A stretch of DNA of 64,000 nt from an uncultured virus (IMG/VR IMGVR_UViG_3300023274_000001) (IMGVR_UViG_3300023274_000001:64001-128000); one strand, 5' to 3'. Shown: positions 19,068 through 29,380, numbered from the stretch's first letter. The notes: generated from the letters alone by a model not told the origin. Translations and numbers: made by a program.

Positions 19068-19316
19068 TTAACTGCTCGATTGACCTGGCGACCTGCGTCT
19101 GGCGGAGGGGTTTCCCGGGGATTGGCGAACCTTTTCCACGAGGGAGATTGCATTGTCGCAGGAGTCCGCCAGCTTCTTCAGTGCGCTCGTTCTGATCGGT
19201 GAATCAGGGGCGGTCATAAGGAGGTTCGCCAGTTCGGCATACTTTCGGCCGACCGGTCCGGCGTGCTGAGATCTGGTGAGGATCCTCCGGCGAGCCGCTT
19301 CGGCGTGGTCGTACAT
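19068..19316 (-). CDS. Hypothetical protein
   Basis: TGATG coupling with upstream gene. Confidence 0.5.
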   Translation of the reverse strand: MYDHAEAARRRILTRSQHAGPVGRKYAELANLLMTAPDSPIRTSALKKLADSCDNAISLVEKVRQSPGNPSARRRSPGQSSS

Positions 19317-19735
19317 CACACGGATCCGTTGCCGGGTACCGGATCCTCCGGTGCGATCCGCATGAAGAACGGCAGCACGTAGAAGTGCCCGGGGTAGGAG
19401 ACCTGCATGATCTGGCGGTTGTAGAGGTCGATGAACTGCTGCTGCTGGGCTCCGGACAGATGCTGGTAGTAGAACTTCGCCTGAATCTGCGCGGAGCCGT
19501 CGGACTCCGAGCGCGGCGGGTGCAGGTACGCCTTGTAGTTCTTGTCGGTCGGTCCGACCGACCATCCCTCGGCGACCAGCTTCAGGAACTTGCCCGGGTG
19601 CAGTGATCCGCAGAACGAGCAGTACGGCACCGCCTCTCCGGCGCGGCGCGGCTCCTCGCGCCACTCGTCTTGGCCCTCTGATCTGTCCCAGGGGCCCATC
19701 TCCCGCATCCGGCGCGGGCAGGTCTGGATGTCCAC
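19316..19735 (-). CDS. Hypothetical protein (CxxC-H)
   Basis: AAGGAGGA RBS; CSFCGSLHP...PTDKNYKAY. Confidence 0.7.
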   Translation of the reverse strand: MDIQTCPRRMREMGPWDRSEGQDEWREEPRRAGEAVPYCSFCGSLHPGKFLKLVAEGWSVGPTDKNYKAYLHPPRSESDGSAQIQAKFYYQHLSGAQQQQFIDLYNRQIMQVSYPGHFYVLPFFMRIAPEDPVPGNGSV

Positions 19736-19798
19736 TCGTCCTCCTTGAGTTCCATGCACATGGTGCTCCTGGAACTACAGCTCACTTTGAGGATTCCG

Positions 19799-22168
19799 TC
19801 AGTAGGGTGAGATCATCTCCTCCTCCCAGTAGTCGTTGTCCTCGACGAGGGAGCTGGCCATCGTCTCGGCCGTCTCGGTCAGAACATCACCCTGGCGAAG
19901 ACCCTCGGCCACCGGGGCGACCGCGTACGCGATGGCGTCGGCGTAGTCGGGGGACTTGCCGTACTCCTTGCGCATCTCCTCCTTGGAGGCGATGAGCAGG
20001 CGGCCGTTCTTGATCGAGTAGAAGACCATCTTCAGGTCGTCGGCGATCAGCTCGTCAGGGTCGATGAACTTCGCCGAGCCGTTGCGCATCTTCTGGCGAA
20101 GCTGCTCGAACCAGTAGGCACGAGCGTTGTAGAAGCCGTAGACCGAACCACCGACATCCGCCGGAGGGGCCGCCGATCCGTGCATCTCGTAGACGGTGAA
20201 CCACGGATCCGGCAGCAGCGTCGCACGGGCGTTCAGGGTGTCGACGACACCGGCACCGAGACCAACGGCGTCGACCCGGATCTCCACCCAGGGCGCCTTG
20301 CGCTCCTCCTTCAGGCGTTCGGCGATCTGGAGTACCTTGTGGGCCGAGGACACCGTGTCGGTCCCTGACCAGGATTCCTCGATCTGCGCGGTCACGCCGG
20401 AGTACGAAGCGACCACCGTCTTGTCAGCACCGAAGCGCGCGACGTCGACACCCAGGCGCAGCACCGAGTACAGCGAAGGCTTCGGAGTCTCGTCGATCGC
20501 GTCGGCCACCAGCGACGGGGCGAACAGCGACGACATGCTCTGCTCGGGGAACTTGGCCAGCACCTTCGCGATGTAGCGCGGGTCCTTCTCGCCCCAGTCG
20601 TCGAGGCGTTCCTGCACCCAGTCACGTGAGACGAGGACTTCGTTCAGGAGCTTGGGCACCGGCTCGCCCGTGAAGTTCGGAGTGCTCGACGCGGGGATCG
20701 AGATCCGATTCCACAGGTGCGCGGTCTTCGACTCCATGAAGTTCTTGCCGAAGTCCGTGTTCCGGTCGTCGGGGTTCCCGATGGCCAGGATGCGGCAGCC
20801 GACGTTCGTGGTGATGGCCTCGACGCCGGTCCAGATCTCCTCGGGAATGCCGCACGCCTCATCCAGGAGGGCCAGTACGTACCGGCGGTGAATACCGTGG
20901 AAGGAGTGGCGGTCGCCCTTGGCGGGCTTTCGGCCGAAGCCGACGATCTGCCCGTCGCCCAGCTTCCACTCATCCGCCTGGGTCACGCGGCCCGGCATCG
21001 GATACTCGCCGCGCAGGGCGTTCGAGTGGTGCTTGCGGATCTCCTCCCAAAGGATCTTGTTGACCTGCGCGTAGGTCGGTGCGGTCGAGACGACGATCGC
21101 CTGACCCGGGGGCTTCGTCGAGACCCACCAGCAGGCCAGCACCGAAGCGATCATCGAATTGTGGGTGGGAATCCCGCGCTCGCCGCAGAGGTACAGGTGG
21201 TCGGGCGAGTCGACCTGGATGCACTGCACGTCCCGCTCACCCACCGGCTTCACGGAGGTGATGCGCCAGCCGTCATCGCCCCAGGACCCTTGCGTCAGCA
21301 GCAGATGCGACAGGGCGATGGCCCGCTGGTTGGCATCCGGAAGAAGGGTCGGAGCGTGAGATCCCATCAGGGCCAGGTGCCGCATCGTGATGCCGTACTG
21401 CCGCTCGCGCCGGTAGATCGTCTGAACGCCCGCCTCGCGCATCCGGGCCCTGACCGAGAAGATCTCCTCCGGCTCACCCTGGCGCGTCTTCCAGAGCAGC
21501 GCGGTGCGCCCGTGGGGATCGAGTCCGCCGCGCTCGGCCAGCAGTGCCTGCATCGCTTCGTCGGCCGTCCACGCGAGTCCGCGCGGAATGATCTCCGGTG
21601 CCCGCCCGGGAACGACGACCGTGCCGGGCCGCAGCTTGGCGATCTGCTTGGTGGTCATGGTCTTCGCCTTGTGCATCCACAACCCGGTCTCCACCGGTAC
21701 GCCCGCCCGGTCGGACTTGAGCTGGATGTCGGCCAGGCCCTGAAGGTCGAGCACTGGCCACAGGTGATCGGCCGAGGCGATGATCTCCTCGCAGGCGCCG
21801 CCCCTCTCCAGACGGACGACGTAACTCTCGGCCTTGTGCTCGCCCGTGACGGCCACCACCTCGACCGGCGAGCCGTCGGAGCCCAGCACCTTCATGCCCT
21901 CGGTGATCTCACCCATCCTCACCGGGCCCGACGGGGTGTGAACCAGTTCGTCCAGCCCGAGCGCCTTGCCGGTGCCGTGACAGGAGGCGACGACCGTGCG
22001 CTTGTTCCGGATGAGAGAGGAGCAGATTTCCTGCTGCTTGCTCCACAGGTGGACGCCGAGAACGTCCCTGGCCCACCCCACCGGATCGTTGACCCATCCG
22101 GCCTGCCGCGCCTGATTGCGGAAGTATGCCTCCGCCTCGGCGGCGATCCGCTCTTCGTGTGAGGACAT
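19799..22168 (-). CDS. terL: Terminase large subunit, intein-containing
   Basis: Walker A SCHGTGK/S, Walker B LLDEA, IGNP coupling motif, nuclease GVDVARFGAD and SPDYADA. Confidence 0.93.
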   Translation of the reverse strand: MSSHEERIAAEAEAYFRNQARQAGWVNDPVGWARDVLGVHLWSKQQEICSSLIRNKRTVVASCHGTGKALGLDELVHTPSGPVRMGEITEGMKVLGSDGSPVEVVAVTGEHKAESYVVRLERGGACEEIIASADHLWPVLDLQGLADIQLKSDRAGVPVETGLWMHKAKTMTTKQIAKLRPGTVVVPGRAPEIIPRGLAWTADEAMQALLAERGGLDPHGRTALLWKTRQGEPEEIFSVRARMREAGVQTIYRRERQYGITMRHLALMGSHAPTLLPDANQRAIALSHLLLTQGSWGDDGWRITSVKPVGERDVQCIQVDSPDHLYLCGERGIPTHNSMIASVLACWWVSTKPPGQAIVVSTAPTYAQVNKILWEEIRKHHSNALRGEYPMPGRVTQADEWKLGDGQIVGFGRKPAKGDRHSFHGIHRRYVLALLDEACGIPEEIWTGVEAITTNVGCRILAIGNPDDRNTDFGKNFMESKTAHLWNRISIPASSTPNFTGEPVPKLLNEVLVSRDWVQERLDDWGEKDPRYIAKVLAKFPEQSMSSLFAPSLVADAIDETPKPSLYSVLRLGVDVARFGADKTVVASYSGVTAQIEESWSGTDTVSSAHKVLQIAERLKEERKAPWVEIRVDAVGLGAGVVDTLNARATLLPDPWFTVYEMHGSAAPPADVGGSVYGFYNARAYWFEQLRQKMRNGSAKFIDPDELIADDLKMVFYSIKNGRLLIASKEEMRKEYGKSPDYADAIAYAVAPVAEGLRQGDVLTETAETMASSLVEDNDYWEEEMISPY
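21158..21964 (-). mobile_element. Class 3 intein (269 aa) in the TerL P-loop
   Basis: Starts at Ala (ALGLDELVHTPSG), block B ASADHLW, block F VQCIQV, ends PTHN/S, giving the W-C-T triad. Confidence 0.9.
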
Positions 22169-22340
22169 GCCGTTCCTTTCTGCTGCGACGCGTACAGCAT
22201 TCCTCACCGGGGAACATTTTCGGTAACCTTGTGATGCCCCACCCGCGCAGCACTGGGCAGTGCGGACTCCACTTCCTGGGGCTGAGACTCACGGGGACCC
22301 GGCCAACTGGCCGGGTCCCCTTCCTCATGGGGAGGCAAGG

Positions 22341-22508
22341 ATGGCTTCTGAACTGGGACGTGTGGCCTATGAGGCATACGGAGAAAGCGTCGGCTGGACC
22401 ACGTTCTCGGGCACTCGGATGCCCACGTGGGAAGAGCAGAATGAACGGCTGAAGCAGGCATGGAACTCGGCCGCCGCAGCCGTGGAAGCGCGAGTGCGCG
22501 AAGAGTAG
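22341..22508 (+). CDS. Small hypothetical protein
   Basis: GGAGG RBS; GRVAYEAY...MPTWEE motif. Confidence 0.65.
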   Translation: MASELGRVAYEAYGESVGWTTFSGTRMPTWEEQNERLKQAWNSAAAAVEARVREE

Positions 22509-22577
22509 CGAGTTCCCTGAACTTCCCGCCCCCAATCGGACTTTCCTTTTGCGGCACTCTGTGTCATCCTCAAAAAC

Positions 22578-22949
22578 ATGAGGAATATGTACCCGAAACC
22601 ATGTGGCGTCTGCCAGGGACGGGTGCCAGCCGGAGAGGGCAACGTCCAGGGGTCGCACGCATCCGGCTGGACCGTCACGCATGACGTCTGCCCGCGCGGA
22701 TCGGTCCGTCACGGCCACGCCCAGGCGTACGCGCGCCGGGTGATGGGCGTGCTGCGCCGCAAGGAGTCCACCGCCAACGACATCTCCGAGGCCCTGGCCG
22801 GTCTCGCCGCCCTCATGCGCACGGGATGGACCAGCCGTGAGGGGTGCGAGAAGGTCATCCTCCGGGCCCCGGCGTTCAGTGATCTGGATCGCCTGGAAGT
22901 CGAGGAGATCCTGAACCGGTCCCTCTCCGAGGAAGGAACGCGCTGCTAG
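22578..22949 (+). CDS. Hypothetical protein (N-terminal CxxC..H..C)
   Basis: MRNMYPKPCGVCQGRVPAGEG. Confidence 0.65.
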   Translation: MRNMYPKPCGVCQGRVPAGEGNVQGSHASGWTVTHDVCPRGSVRHGHAQAYARRVMGVLRRKESTANDISEALAGLAALMRTGWTSREGCEKVILRAPAFSDLDRLEVEEILNRSLSEEGTRC

Positions 22950-23229
22950 TCACGCAGCCCAAGAGCATCGAGAAGTTCAGAGAGGGCGGCCTTCTGGTCG
23001 CCCTCTTCTGCTTCTCCGCGCAGTGCGTACGACGCCATGTTCAGCATCGCTCGACGACGGCAGGGCTGGCACTGCCCGCAGGGTACGGCACCGCAGGTTC
23101 GGGGAATGGTGATCGTGCTGACCGGGGCGATATCCATGGTTTCTCTCTTTCGTGGAACTTGAATTTGGCCTAGGTCATGTGGTCTGATGGATACAGCACG
23201 TCCCCACTTCGGAGAGGAACCCCGAACAC

Positions 23230-23664
23230 ATGAACAAGACGAGCATCGCGGCCGGTGCCGCCGCCATCGCGCTGACCGGATCCCTCGCCCTCGCGGGCAC
23301 CGCCTCTGCCGACTCCTGCAAGCCCGGCCAGGTGCAGACCGCCTACGGCTGCGGCGACGTGACCGGCGAGATCAAGGGCGAGCAGGGCAAGTCCACCGGC
23401 ATCACCTCCTTCGTCACCCCGGCCGTCGGCGTGGACTTCCGCGACGAGAACGGCAACAAGACGGGCTCCGGCTTCTACCCGGCGAACGGCTTCGAGTACC
23501 TGGGCAAGAAGAAGCACGGCAAGAACGGCGACGGCACGCTCATCCTGGTGCGCCAGATGACCAAGTCCCAGGACGGCGCCAGCATCACCCAGTCCGGCTA
23601 CGGCAACCTCTACAAGGGCTGGATCCCGGTGAAGTACACCCAGCTCCCGTCCATGTTCGACTGA
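23230..23664 (+). CDS. Secreted protein
   Basis: Signal peptide ending TASA; strong codon bias. Confidence 0.8.
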   Translation: MNKTSIAAGAAAIALTGSLALAGTASADSCKPGQVQTAYGCGDVTGEIKGEQGKSTGITSFVTPAVGVDFRDENGNKTGSGFYPANGFEYLGKKKHGKNGDGTLILVRQMTKSQDGASITQSGYGNLYKGWIPVKYTQLPSMFD

Positions 23665-24019
23665 CCCGTGCAGGTCTCCTGGAGCAAGGCGGCGGCGTTC
23701 GACGCATCCGAGTCCGTGGACTGGAAGCAAGCCGAATCGGAAGCGCTGACGATGTTCGCCGACGACTCGGTTCTGGGAATGGCACGACGGTCCTCCCTCA
23801 ACCTCCTGTCGCTGGAACTTCCCTGCGGCCTGGAGGTGGACTTCGAAGTCGTCGAAGGGGAGGACCGCGTCCATATTCAGTGGGCGGGCCGAGCCTAGCT
23901 TTTCAGCGACGGTCGCTTCACCCATGGCTTCACGGCCGTGCATGACGGCGCCTGGACGGTGCGCCACCAGGGGGCATGGTGCCTCCCGCAGATGCACCGC
24001 CAGCGCGTCATCGTCCACA

Positions 24020-24325
24020 TCACAGCTCCTTCGAAGTGGCCCCGCTCACGAGCGGGGCCACCGGCTTTTCCGGCCAGTGCCAGGTGCCCGGAGTCGCTTC
24101 GCCATTCAGGGCCAGACCTTCGACGTCGAAGGCGACATCCTTGGCGAACTGGAAGCCTTCGGGGTTCATGACGGTGAGGTGCACGACCCCGGCCGACAGG
24201 TCGACGACCTCGGTGATGGTGGCCGCCCGGCACTTCGACGGGTACTGCTGCACTCCGTCCTGCGGCGCCGAGCCCAGCGACGTGTAGTGCACGGCGCGGC
24301 CGACGGAGGCGATGTCCTTGCTCAT
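24020..24325 (-). CDS. Hypothetical phage protein
   Basis: SVGRAVHY...RAATITEV...PGTWHWP family motif. Confidence 0.75.
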   Translation of the reverse strand: MSKDIASVGRAVHYTSLGSAPQDGVQQYPSKCRAATITEVVDLSAGVVHLTVMNPEGFQFAKDVAFDVEGLALNGEATPGTWHWPEKPVAPLVSGATSKEL

Positions 24326-24882
24326 GAGATCTCCTGGACGAGGATGTCGCGGGTGTCCCACGGGGTGTGCCGCTTGCGCAGCTTGAAGTTCGCGCCGTCC
24401 TCGCGCAGGAAGGGGATCAGCACCCGGCCCTTGCGGACCTCGCGATGATCGGTGTTCATGTCGTCGCCCATGATCAGGCCAGGGTGCTCGATCAGGTCGA
24501 GCGCGAGCAGGTACTCCCGCATGGTGGCCGCGCCGTCGTTGTCGGCATCCAGGTAGATCACGTCGAACTTCTCGCCGTCGATCTTCAGCTCTTCCATGGT
24601 GGCCACGGAGTCCCCGGCGTAGAAGTCGCAGAAGTTCCCCAGCCCTTCGGAGTCCACGGCACGCCGTGCCTCATGCGGCTCCAGGTCGATGCCGACGTAC
24701 TCGCTCCCTGGATGCTCCTTCAGGAGGCGGGCGAAGGCGAGAGTCGAATGCCCGTCACCCTTCAGGTGGTCGTCGTCGAGATTCCGCAGAACGCCGACCT
24801 CCAGAACGCGTAGGGTTTTCTTGCCCGTACGCTCCATGAAAGCGGGCAGCTCTTCATAGATGATTTCACCGATGGTCGTCAC
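24322..24882 (-). CDS. Class I SAM-dependent methyltransferase (Methyltransf_24-like)
   Basis: VLEVG, YVGID, GDS, FDVIYLDA, GLIMGDD; start uncertain. Confidence 0.78.
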   Translation of the reverse strand: MTTIGEIIYEELPAFMERTGKKTLRVLEVGVLRNLDDDHLKGDGHSTLAFARLLKEHPGSEYVGIDLEPHEARRAVDSEGLGNFCDFYAGDSVATMEELKIDGEKFDVIYLDADNDGAATMREYLLALDLIEHPGLIMGDDMNTDHREVRKGRVLIPFLREDGANFKLRKRHTPWDTRDILVQEIS

Positions 24883-25326
24883 CAGAAGAGGATACAGCTC
24901 AGCCCCGGAGAGGAGAGAGGCATGGTCAGCGAAACACCCGAACGCGTACACAAGAGCTGCCCGACCTGCACCTGTGAAGAGGTGCGCGAGCGGACCATCG
25001 TGTACCCGCCGAACCTGATCCTCTACGGCGCCTGCGGGGGTGCTGACGGCTGCGGAAAGGTGAAGTGGCAGTCGGAGACGTGGACGCGGCGCAACGGGTC
25101 CTGGACACCCACCAGGAAGACGCACTGCGACTGCTGCCGGGAAGGATGCCACGGCCACACGAGGGAGAAGCGATGAACAAGCGGTACCGGAAGGCAATGC
25201 GCCTGAAGTCCCGGCACTACCGGCAGGGACACAACCAGTTCTGCAAGTGCTGGGAACTCTGGCAGAACTTCGGCCTGGCGCTGAAGCGTCGACTGGAATC
25301 CGGCGAGCCCCTGCCGCGCCGCCGGG

Positions 25327-25719
25327 TCAGGATGAGGACTTCGGAGCCAGCTTCGCCACGTACTGGTGCGAGCACCCCAGCATCGCCGCCACATCCCTGA
25401 CGGTCATCCGCTTCGTGAGGGCGCGGGCCGCAGCACCCATGGCTGCGTCGTAGTGGAACTTGGCATCCCTCAGAGCGGCTTGCCTGTGGTGCACCTCGTC
25501 GACCAGCTCCTGAAGTTCGGCGTCTTCCAGCTTGAGGTCGACGACTACCGAACCCGGTGGCGCACTCAGTGCCATCTCGGCGGCTCGCTGAAGAAGCTCT
25601 TGCGCCTGCTTCCAGGTCTTCCCCATCGAGAGTGCCTGCTTGCCGTCAGGCAGGCCCTGCGTGCTGGTCAGCCAGGAGTCTTCCCCGCGTGTCGCGAGTC
25701 CGTTGACTATCTGCTTCAT
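25327..25719 (-). CDS. HicB-like antitoxin / HTH protein
   Basis: N-terminal ATR..W..G..GKTW..A; C-terminal MTVRDVAAMLGCSHQYVAKL HTH. Confidence 0.65.
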   Translation of the reverse strand: MKQIVNGLATRGEDSWLTSTQGLPDGKQALSMGKTWKQAQELLQRAAEMALSAPPGSVVVDLKLEDAELQELVDEVHHRQAALRDAKFHYDAAMGAAARALTKRMTVRDVAAMLGCSHQYVAKLAPKSSS

Positions 25720-26068
25720 GCATTCTAGTCAACCGCATGCGACACAGTCTGTCCATTCGGCTCGCGGATGCAGTCGCCGCCGCAGGGGCACGAAGAGATT
25801 TTCTCTGCGCAGCACCGGCAGAAGTACCAGAACGACTCGGGGCAGTCGTCGAAGAGGCCGACCAGCCCCTCCCAGAAGAACGTGATCGAGCAGGTCTCGC
25901 ACTCCATCATGTCGCTCGGGCAGGACACCCCCTTCCGGCGCGGCAGCCAGGCGTTGCTCAGCGAAGGGCAGTCCTGGTCATGTGTCTGGATCAGGTCCCG
26001 CTGGCCGGTGAAGCAGCCACCTCCGTCAGGGTTCTGAGTCCAGCGCTCCACGTACGGATCGAGGGGCA

Positions 26069-26647
26069 TCAGTCGAACTCCTCCATCACGGGCTCCAGCT
26101 CTACCGGCCCGGTGCTGCCGCCACCCACCTTGACGATCGCGGCCGAGTTGCGGGCAATGGCGTCGGCGGCCATGGCGGGAAAGACTTCGCCCCACATCTG
26201 CTCGACCGCCTCCCTCGACTCCTCGGGCAGTATGTCGACGACCTTCTCCAGCATGCCGACCCGGATGGCGTCGATGGCCGTGGTGACGAGCTGGGTCTGC
26301 GCCTGGGTGAGGCGGATCTGCTCGTCGCGCAGGCGGTCCTTCTTCAGGTCCATCAGCTCGGTGATCTCACGGACCGTCTCGATGAGGTTCTTCGCGTTGC
26401 GGCCCTGGGTCAGGAGGTCGCCGTCCATCACCTGCTGCCACAAGGCGCCCAGGATCCGTTCCAGGCGGGCGAGCTGAAGCATGCGCATCTGCACGATGGA
26501 CATCGACGTCGCCTGGTCTTCCAGGTACGTGTTCATCCGCTCGTGGACGGCCTCGATTTCCATCCCGGTACGGGCGGCGATCTGCGCAAGCGTCATGCCC
26601 TGCGCGGCGTAGTCCACCATCACCTGGGCGAGCGAGTCGTGTGCCAT
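26069..26647 (-). CDS. Probable terminase small subunit (HTH + helical)
   Basis: GMTLAQIAARTG HTH; LQLARLERIL..LW pattern; upstream of terL on the same strand. Confidence 0.55.
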   Translation of the reverse strand: MAHDSLAQVMVDYAAQGMTLAQIAARTGMEIEAVHERMNTYLEDQATSMSIVQMRMLQLARLERILGALWQQVMDGDLLTQGRNAKNLIETVREITELMDLKKDRLRDEQIRLTQAQTQLVTTAIDAIRVGMLEKVVDILPEESREAVEQMWGEVFPAMAADAIARNSAAIVKVGGGSTGPVELEPVMEEFD

Positions 26648-26806
26648 ACCCTCATCTCCTGAACGTCTGATAAACGCGCAGGCCAGCGCGTCATTCCTCG
26701 GTGTCGACGGGTCCGATGATCTGGATGCCGCCCTGGTACTGAGGATGCCTTGCCTGGCTCTGGATCTTCTCGAACCAGATGCGGACCGCCTCGCGTTCCA
26801 TGTCCA

Positions 26807-27088
26807 TCACGACGATGATCTCTCGGGTTTCTGCCATGAATCCAGACCATCACGGCCCTCGCCGGATTCAGGAGAAACGGGCCTGCGCCACGCACGGAAG
26901 TTCTTCAAATACACCCATCCGTACGCACCGGCCGAGACGAGGAAACCGTACTGTCTCGTACTGATGGCGTACGCGAGCCAGAGCCCCTGCGCACCAAGTC
27001 CGACGGCCCAGCCCCAGGGGCTCTTCCTGCCAGCCAGCCACAGGCCGAAGACGCCCACGGCCGTCAGCACCCAGCTCCACCACTGCAA
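26807..27088 (-). CDS. PnuC-like membrane protein
   Basis: WSWVLTAVGVFGLWLAGRK..WGW...QGLW. Confidence 0.7.
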   Translation of the reverse strand: MQWWSWVLTAVGVFGLWLAGRKSPWGWAVGLGAQGLWLAYAISTRQYGFLVSAGAYGWVYLKNFRAWRRPVSPESGEGRDGLDSWQKPERSSS

Positions 27089-27167
27089 CGCAACACCCCG
27101 ATCTGTTGCCGCGCCGTTCCACGCGCCAACGGAAGTTGTTCGGTCCGGCTCCGGGAAACCGAACCGG

Positions 27168-28067
27168 TCAGATCGAGATGCCGACCTCGGCCCACGCCTC
27201 GCGCACCGCAGGGTTCAGGCCGCCCGAGTGCGTCCAGGTGGCCAGCGCGAGCTGCTTGAAGGTCGAGCGCGGCCCGAGGTCTTCCATCGCCCGACGCCAC
27301 ATCGCCAGCGGCCGTCCCCAGCTCGGCTCCCCGGTCTTCTCGCAGAGCAGGGCGAAGGCCCGGTTCGGGATGCCCGAGTTGATGTGGACGCCGCCGTTGT
27401 CGGCCCGGATCTTCTTGTACTGGTCCATGTGGCCAGGCTGCGGATCCCGGCCGAGGACGTCGTTGTCGTACGCGGTGCCCGGGTGCAGCATGTGCCGGAC
27501 CGCCGAGGCGCCGTCGACCAGGATCTCCTCCCCGATCCGCCAGTCGTGCTGGTCCTGCTTGACCCACTGCTGGACGCAGGCGCCGAAGACGTCGGCCAGA
27601 TGCTCGTTCAGGGCGCCGGACTCACCGGAGTAAATGAGCCCCGGGCCGAGCGAGACGAGCGCGTGGCCGAACTCGTGGGCCATGATGTCGAGCGCCTTGG
27701 TGAAGTCGCCGAACACGGCCCCGTCGCCTTCGCCGAAGACGAGGTAGTTGCCGTTGAAGAAGGCGTTCGCGTAGTCGCGGCCGTAGTGCACGACTCCGTC
27801 GGGAAACTCGTCGGTCCCCAGGAGCTGGCTGATCAGGTAGGCGTTGCCCTTGACGCGTTCGGCCGCCTCGTCGTTGCCGCCCTGGACGAGCGCGCCGGGG
27901 ATGGCCACCTTGTTCGACGCGGTGTAGACGCGGATCGGACCGGAGGGGGCGACGGCGCTCTGCCGTTCTGCCCGGAGAGTGGTGTCGACCTTGATCCCGG
28001 CATTGAAAGACTTGTCGGTCTCGGCGACTTTCTTCGACATGTGCGGAGGGATGAAAGTGCAGATCAT
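27168..28067 (-). CDS. M4 (thermolysin family) metalloprotease, protealysin type
   Basis: CTFIPP short propeptide, NAFF, HEFGH, GALNEHLAD, GGVHINSGIPN. Confidence 0.92.
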   Translation of the reverse strand: MICTFIPPHMSKKVAETDKSFNAGIKVDTTLRAERQSAVAPSGPIRVYTASNKVAIPGALVQGGNDEAAERVKGNAYLISQLLGTDEFPDGVVHYGRDYANAFFNGNYLVFGEGDGAVFGDFTKALDIMAHEFGHALVSLGPGLIYSGESGALNEHLADVFGACVQQWVKQDQHDWRIGEEILVDGASAVRHMLHPGTAYDNDVLGRDPQPGHMDQYKKIRADNGGVHINSGIPNRAFALLCEKTGEPSWGRPLAMWRRAMEDLGPRSTFKQLALATWTHSGGLNPAVREAWAEVGISI

Positions 28068-28126
28068 GACGGCAGTCTACGCACCCCCTCTCACCGGTAG
28101 AATCCATCCGTGGAAAGGAGTACTTC

Positions 28127-28582
28127 GTGGCTCTGGAGAAGTCGTTCCGGGTGAGCACCCGCCATTCCGGCAGCCGCCGGTTCGTGCGGGTCTCCCTCTA
28201 CTCGGATGCCGGTTCGATGCGCGCGGCGGCCCTGCGGCACAGCCAGCGCGAGGGGTACATCCGCGACGACGAGTACAGCGGTGCGCATGGCGTCACCCAC
28301 ACCTTCGACGTCCTGCACATCGGCGCCGACGGCAGTGAGAAACGCAGCCCCACGGCAGCCCACATCCGCATGTACGACGGGGCGCTCGGCACCAGCGTGG
28401 TCACTCACGAGGTGGTGCACGCGGCCATGAGCATCTACAACCAGGACTGCCTGAAGGACGGCACGGCCCACGAGGACATGAACCGTGAGGAGATCCTGGC
28501 GTATCTCGTCGGCGACCTGGCGGCCCGCATCGTGAACAAGATCTACGAGTTCGGCTACTACGGGAAGGACGACGATGCCTGA
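28127..28582 (+). CDS. HExxH putative metallopeptidase
   Basis: THEVVHAA...EEILAY. Confidence 0.6.
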   Translation: MALEKSFRVSTRHSGSRRFVRVSLYSDAGSMRAAALRHSQREGYIRDDEYSGAHGVTHTFDVLHIGADGSEKRSPTAAHIRMYDGALGTSVVTHEVVHAAMSIYNQDCLKDGTAHEDMNREEILAYLVGDLAARIVNKIYEFGYYGKDDDA

Positions 28583-29021
28583 CGTGAACGGCGAGGACGA
28601 GCGGATGCTCCAGGCGGGCATGAAGACCAGGCCCACCCCCGAGGACAAGGCGGATTTCTTCCTGGAGGAGCAGCTTCGCGAAGCCCGCAGGCAGCAACGT
28701 GAACTGAACCAAAAGTACCCCTACATGGACGGTGGCAAGACGGTCCTGGGACCTGGGGTCTTTACCGACGGTGCGGTGATTTCCTGGAAGGGTGAGAACT
28801 ACGTCCCGCAGTCCCACCTGAAGGCGTATCGGGACGTACGTGCGGTCGCCGCAATCCACTGTTCGGCCCTGATGGAGCTTCTGCACGACGAAGGGATCCG
28901 TCTCCCCGAGAACGCCCTACGGGTCTATCAGCTCCTCTACGACGAACTGACGCTGACGATGCCTGCCTTGGCTAAGGCGCATCCCGCCGTGCTGCCCCGA
29001 CTTCCGGAGGGAATGGAATGA
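28575..29021 (+). CDS. Hypothetical protein
   Basis: Operon packing. Confidence 0.6.
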   Translation: MPDVNGEDERMLQAGMKTRPTPEDKADFFLEEQLREARRQQRELNQKYPYMDGGKTVLGPGVFTDGAVISWKGENYVPQSHLKAYRDVRAVAAIHCSALMELLHDEGIRLPENALRVYQLLYDELTLTMPALAKAHPAVLPRLPEGME

Positions 29022-29380
29022 TCCTGCTCGACGGCTACTGCCCCACCTGCGGAAACCAGACCCTCTACGCGGAGGAGATGCGGGTGGTTAACCGCATCAT
29101 CTGCATGGGCGACGACTGCCCGGATCCGCACTCGGTGCACCGGATCCTCCAGGACACGCAGACCGACCACATCGTGCACTTCTCCGGCTCCGGGTTCACC
29201 ATCCGGCACCCGCTGCGCGAGCGCATCGACGACGCCCTGATGGACTGCGAGCTGCACCTGGCCCTGATGGGCATGCCCGGCCCGCCGGAGGGCAGGCCCG
29301 GCCGGTTCCGGATGTTCATGAAGGACGGCCGCTGGGACATGGAGCGATTGGAAGAAACGGAACGGGCGGATACCGCATGA
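29018..29380 (+). CDS. Zn-ribbon hypothetical protein
   Basis: GYCPTCG...HPLRER...CELH. Confidence 0.7.
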   Translation: MILLDGYCPTCGNQTLYAEEMRVVNRIICMGDDCPDPHSVHRILQDTQTDHIVHFSGSGFTIRHPLRERIDDALMDCELHLALMGMPGPPEGRPGRFRMFMKDGRWDMERLEETERADTA

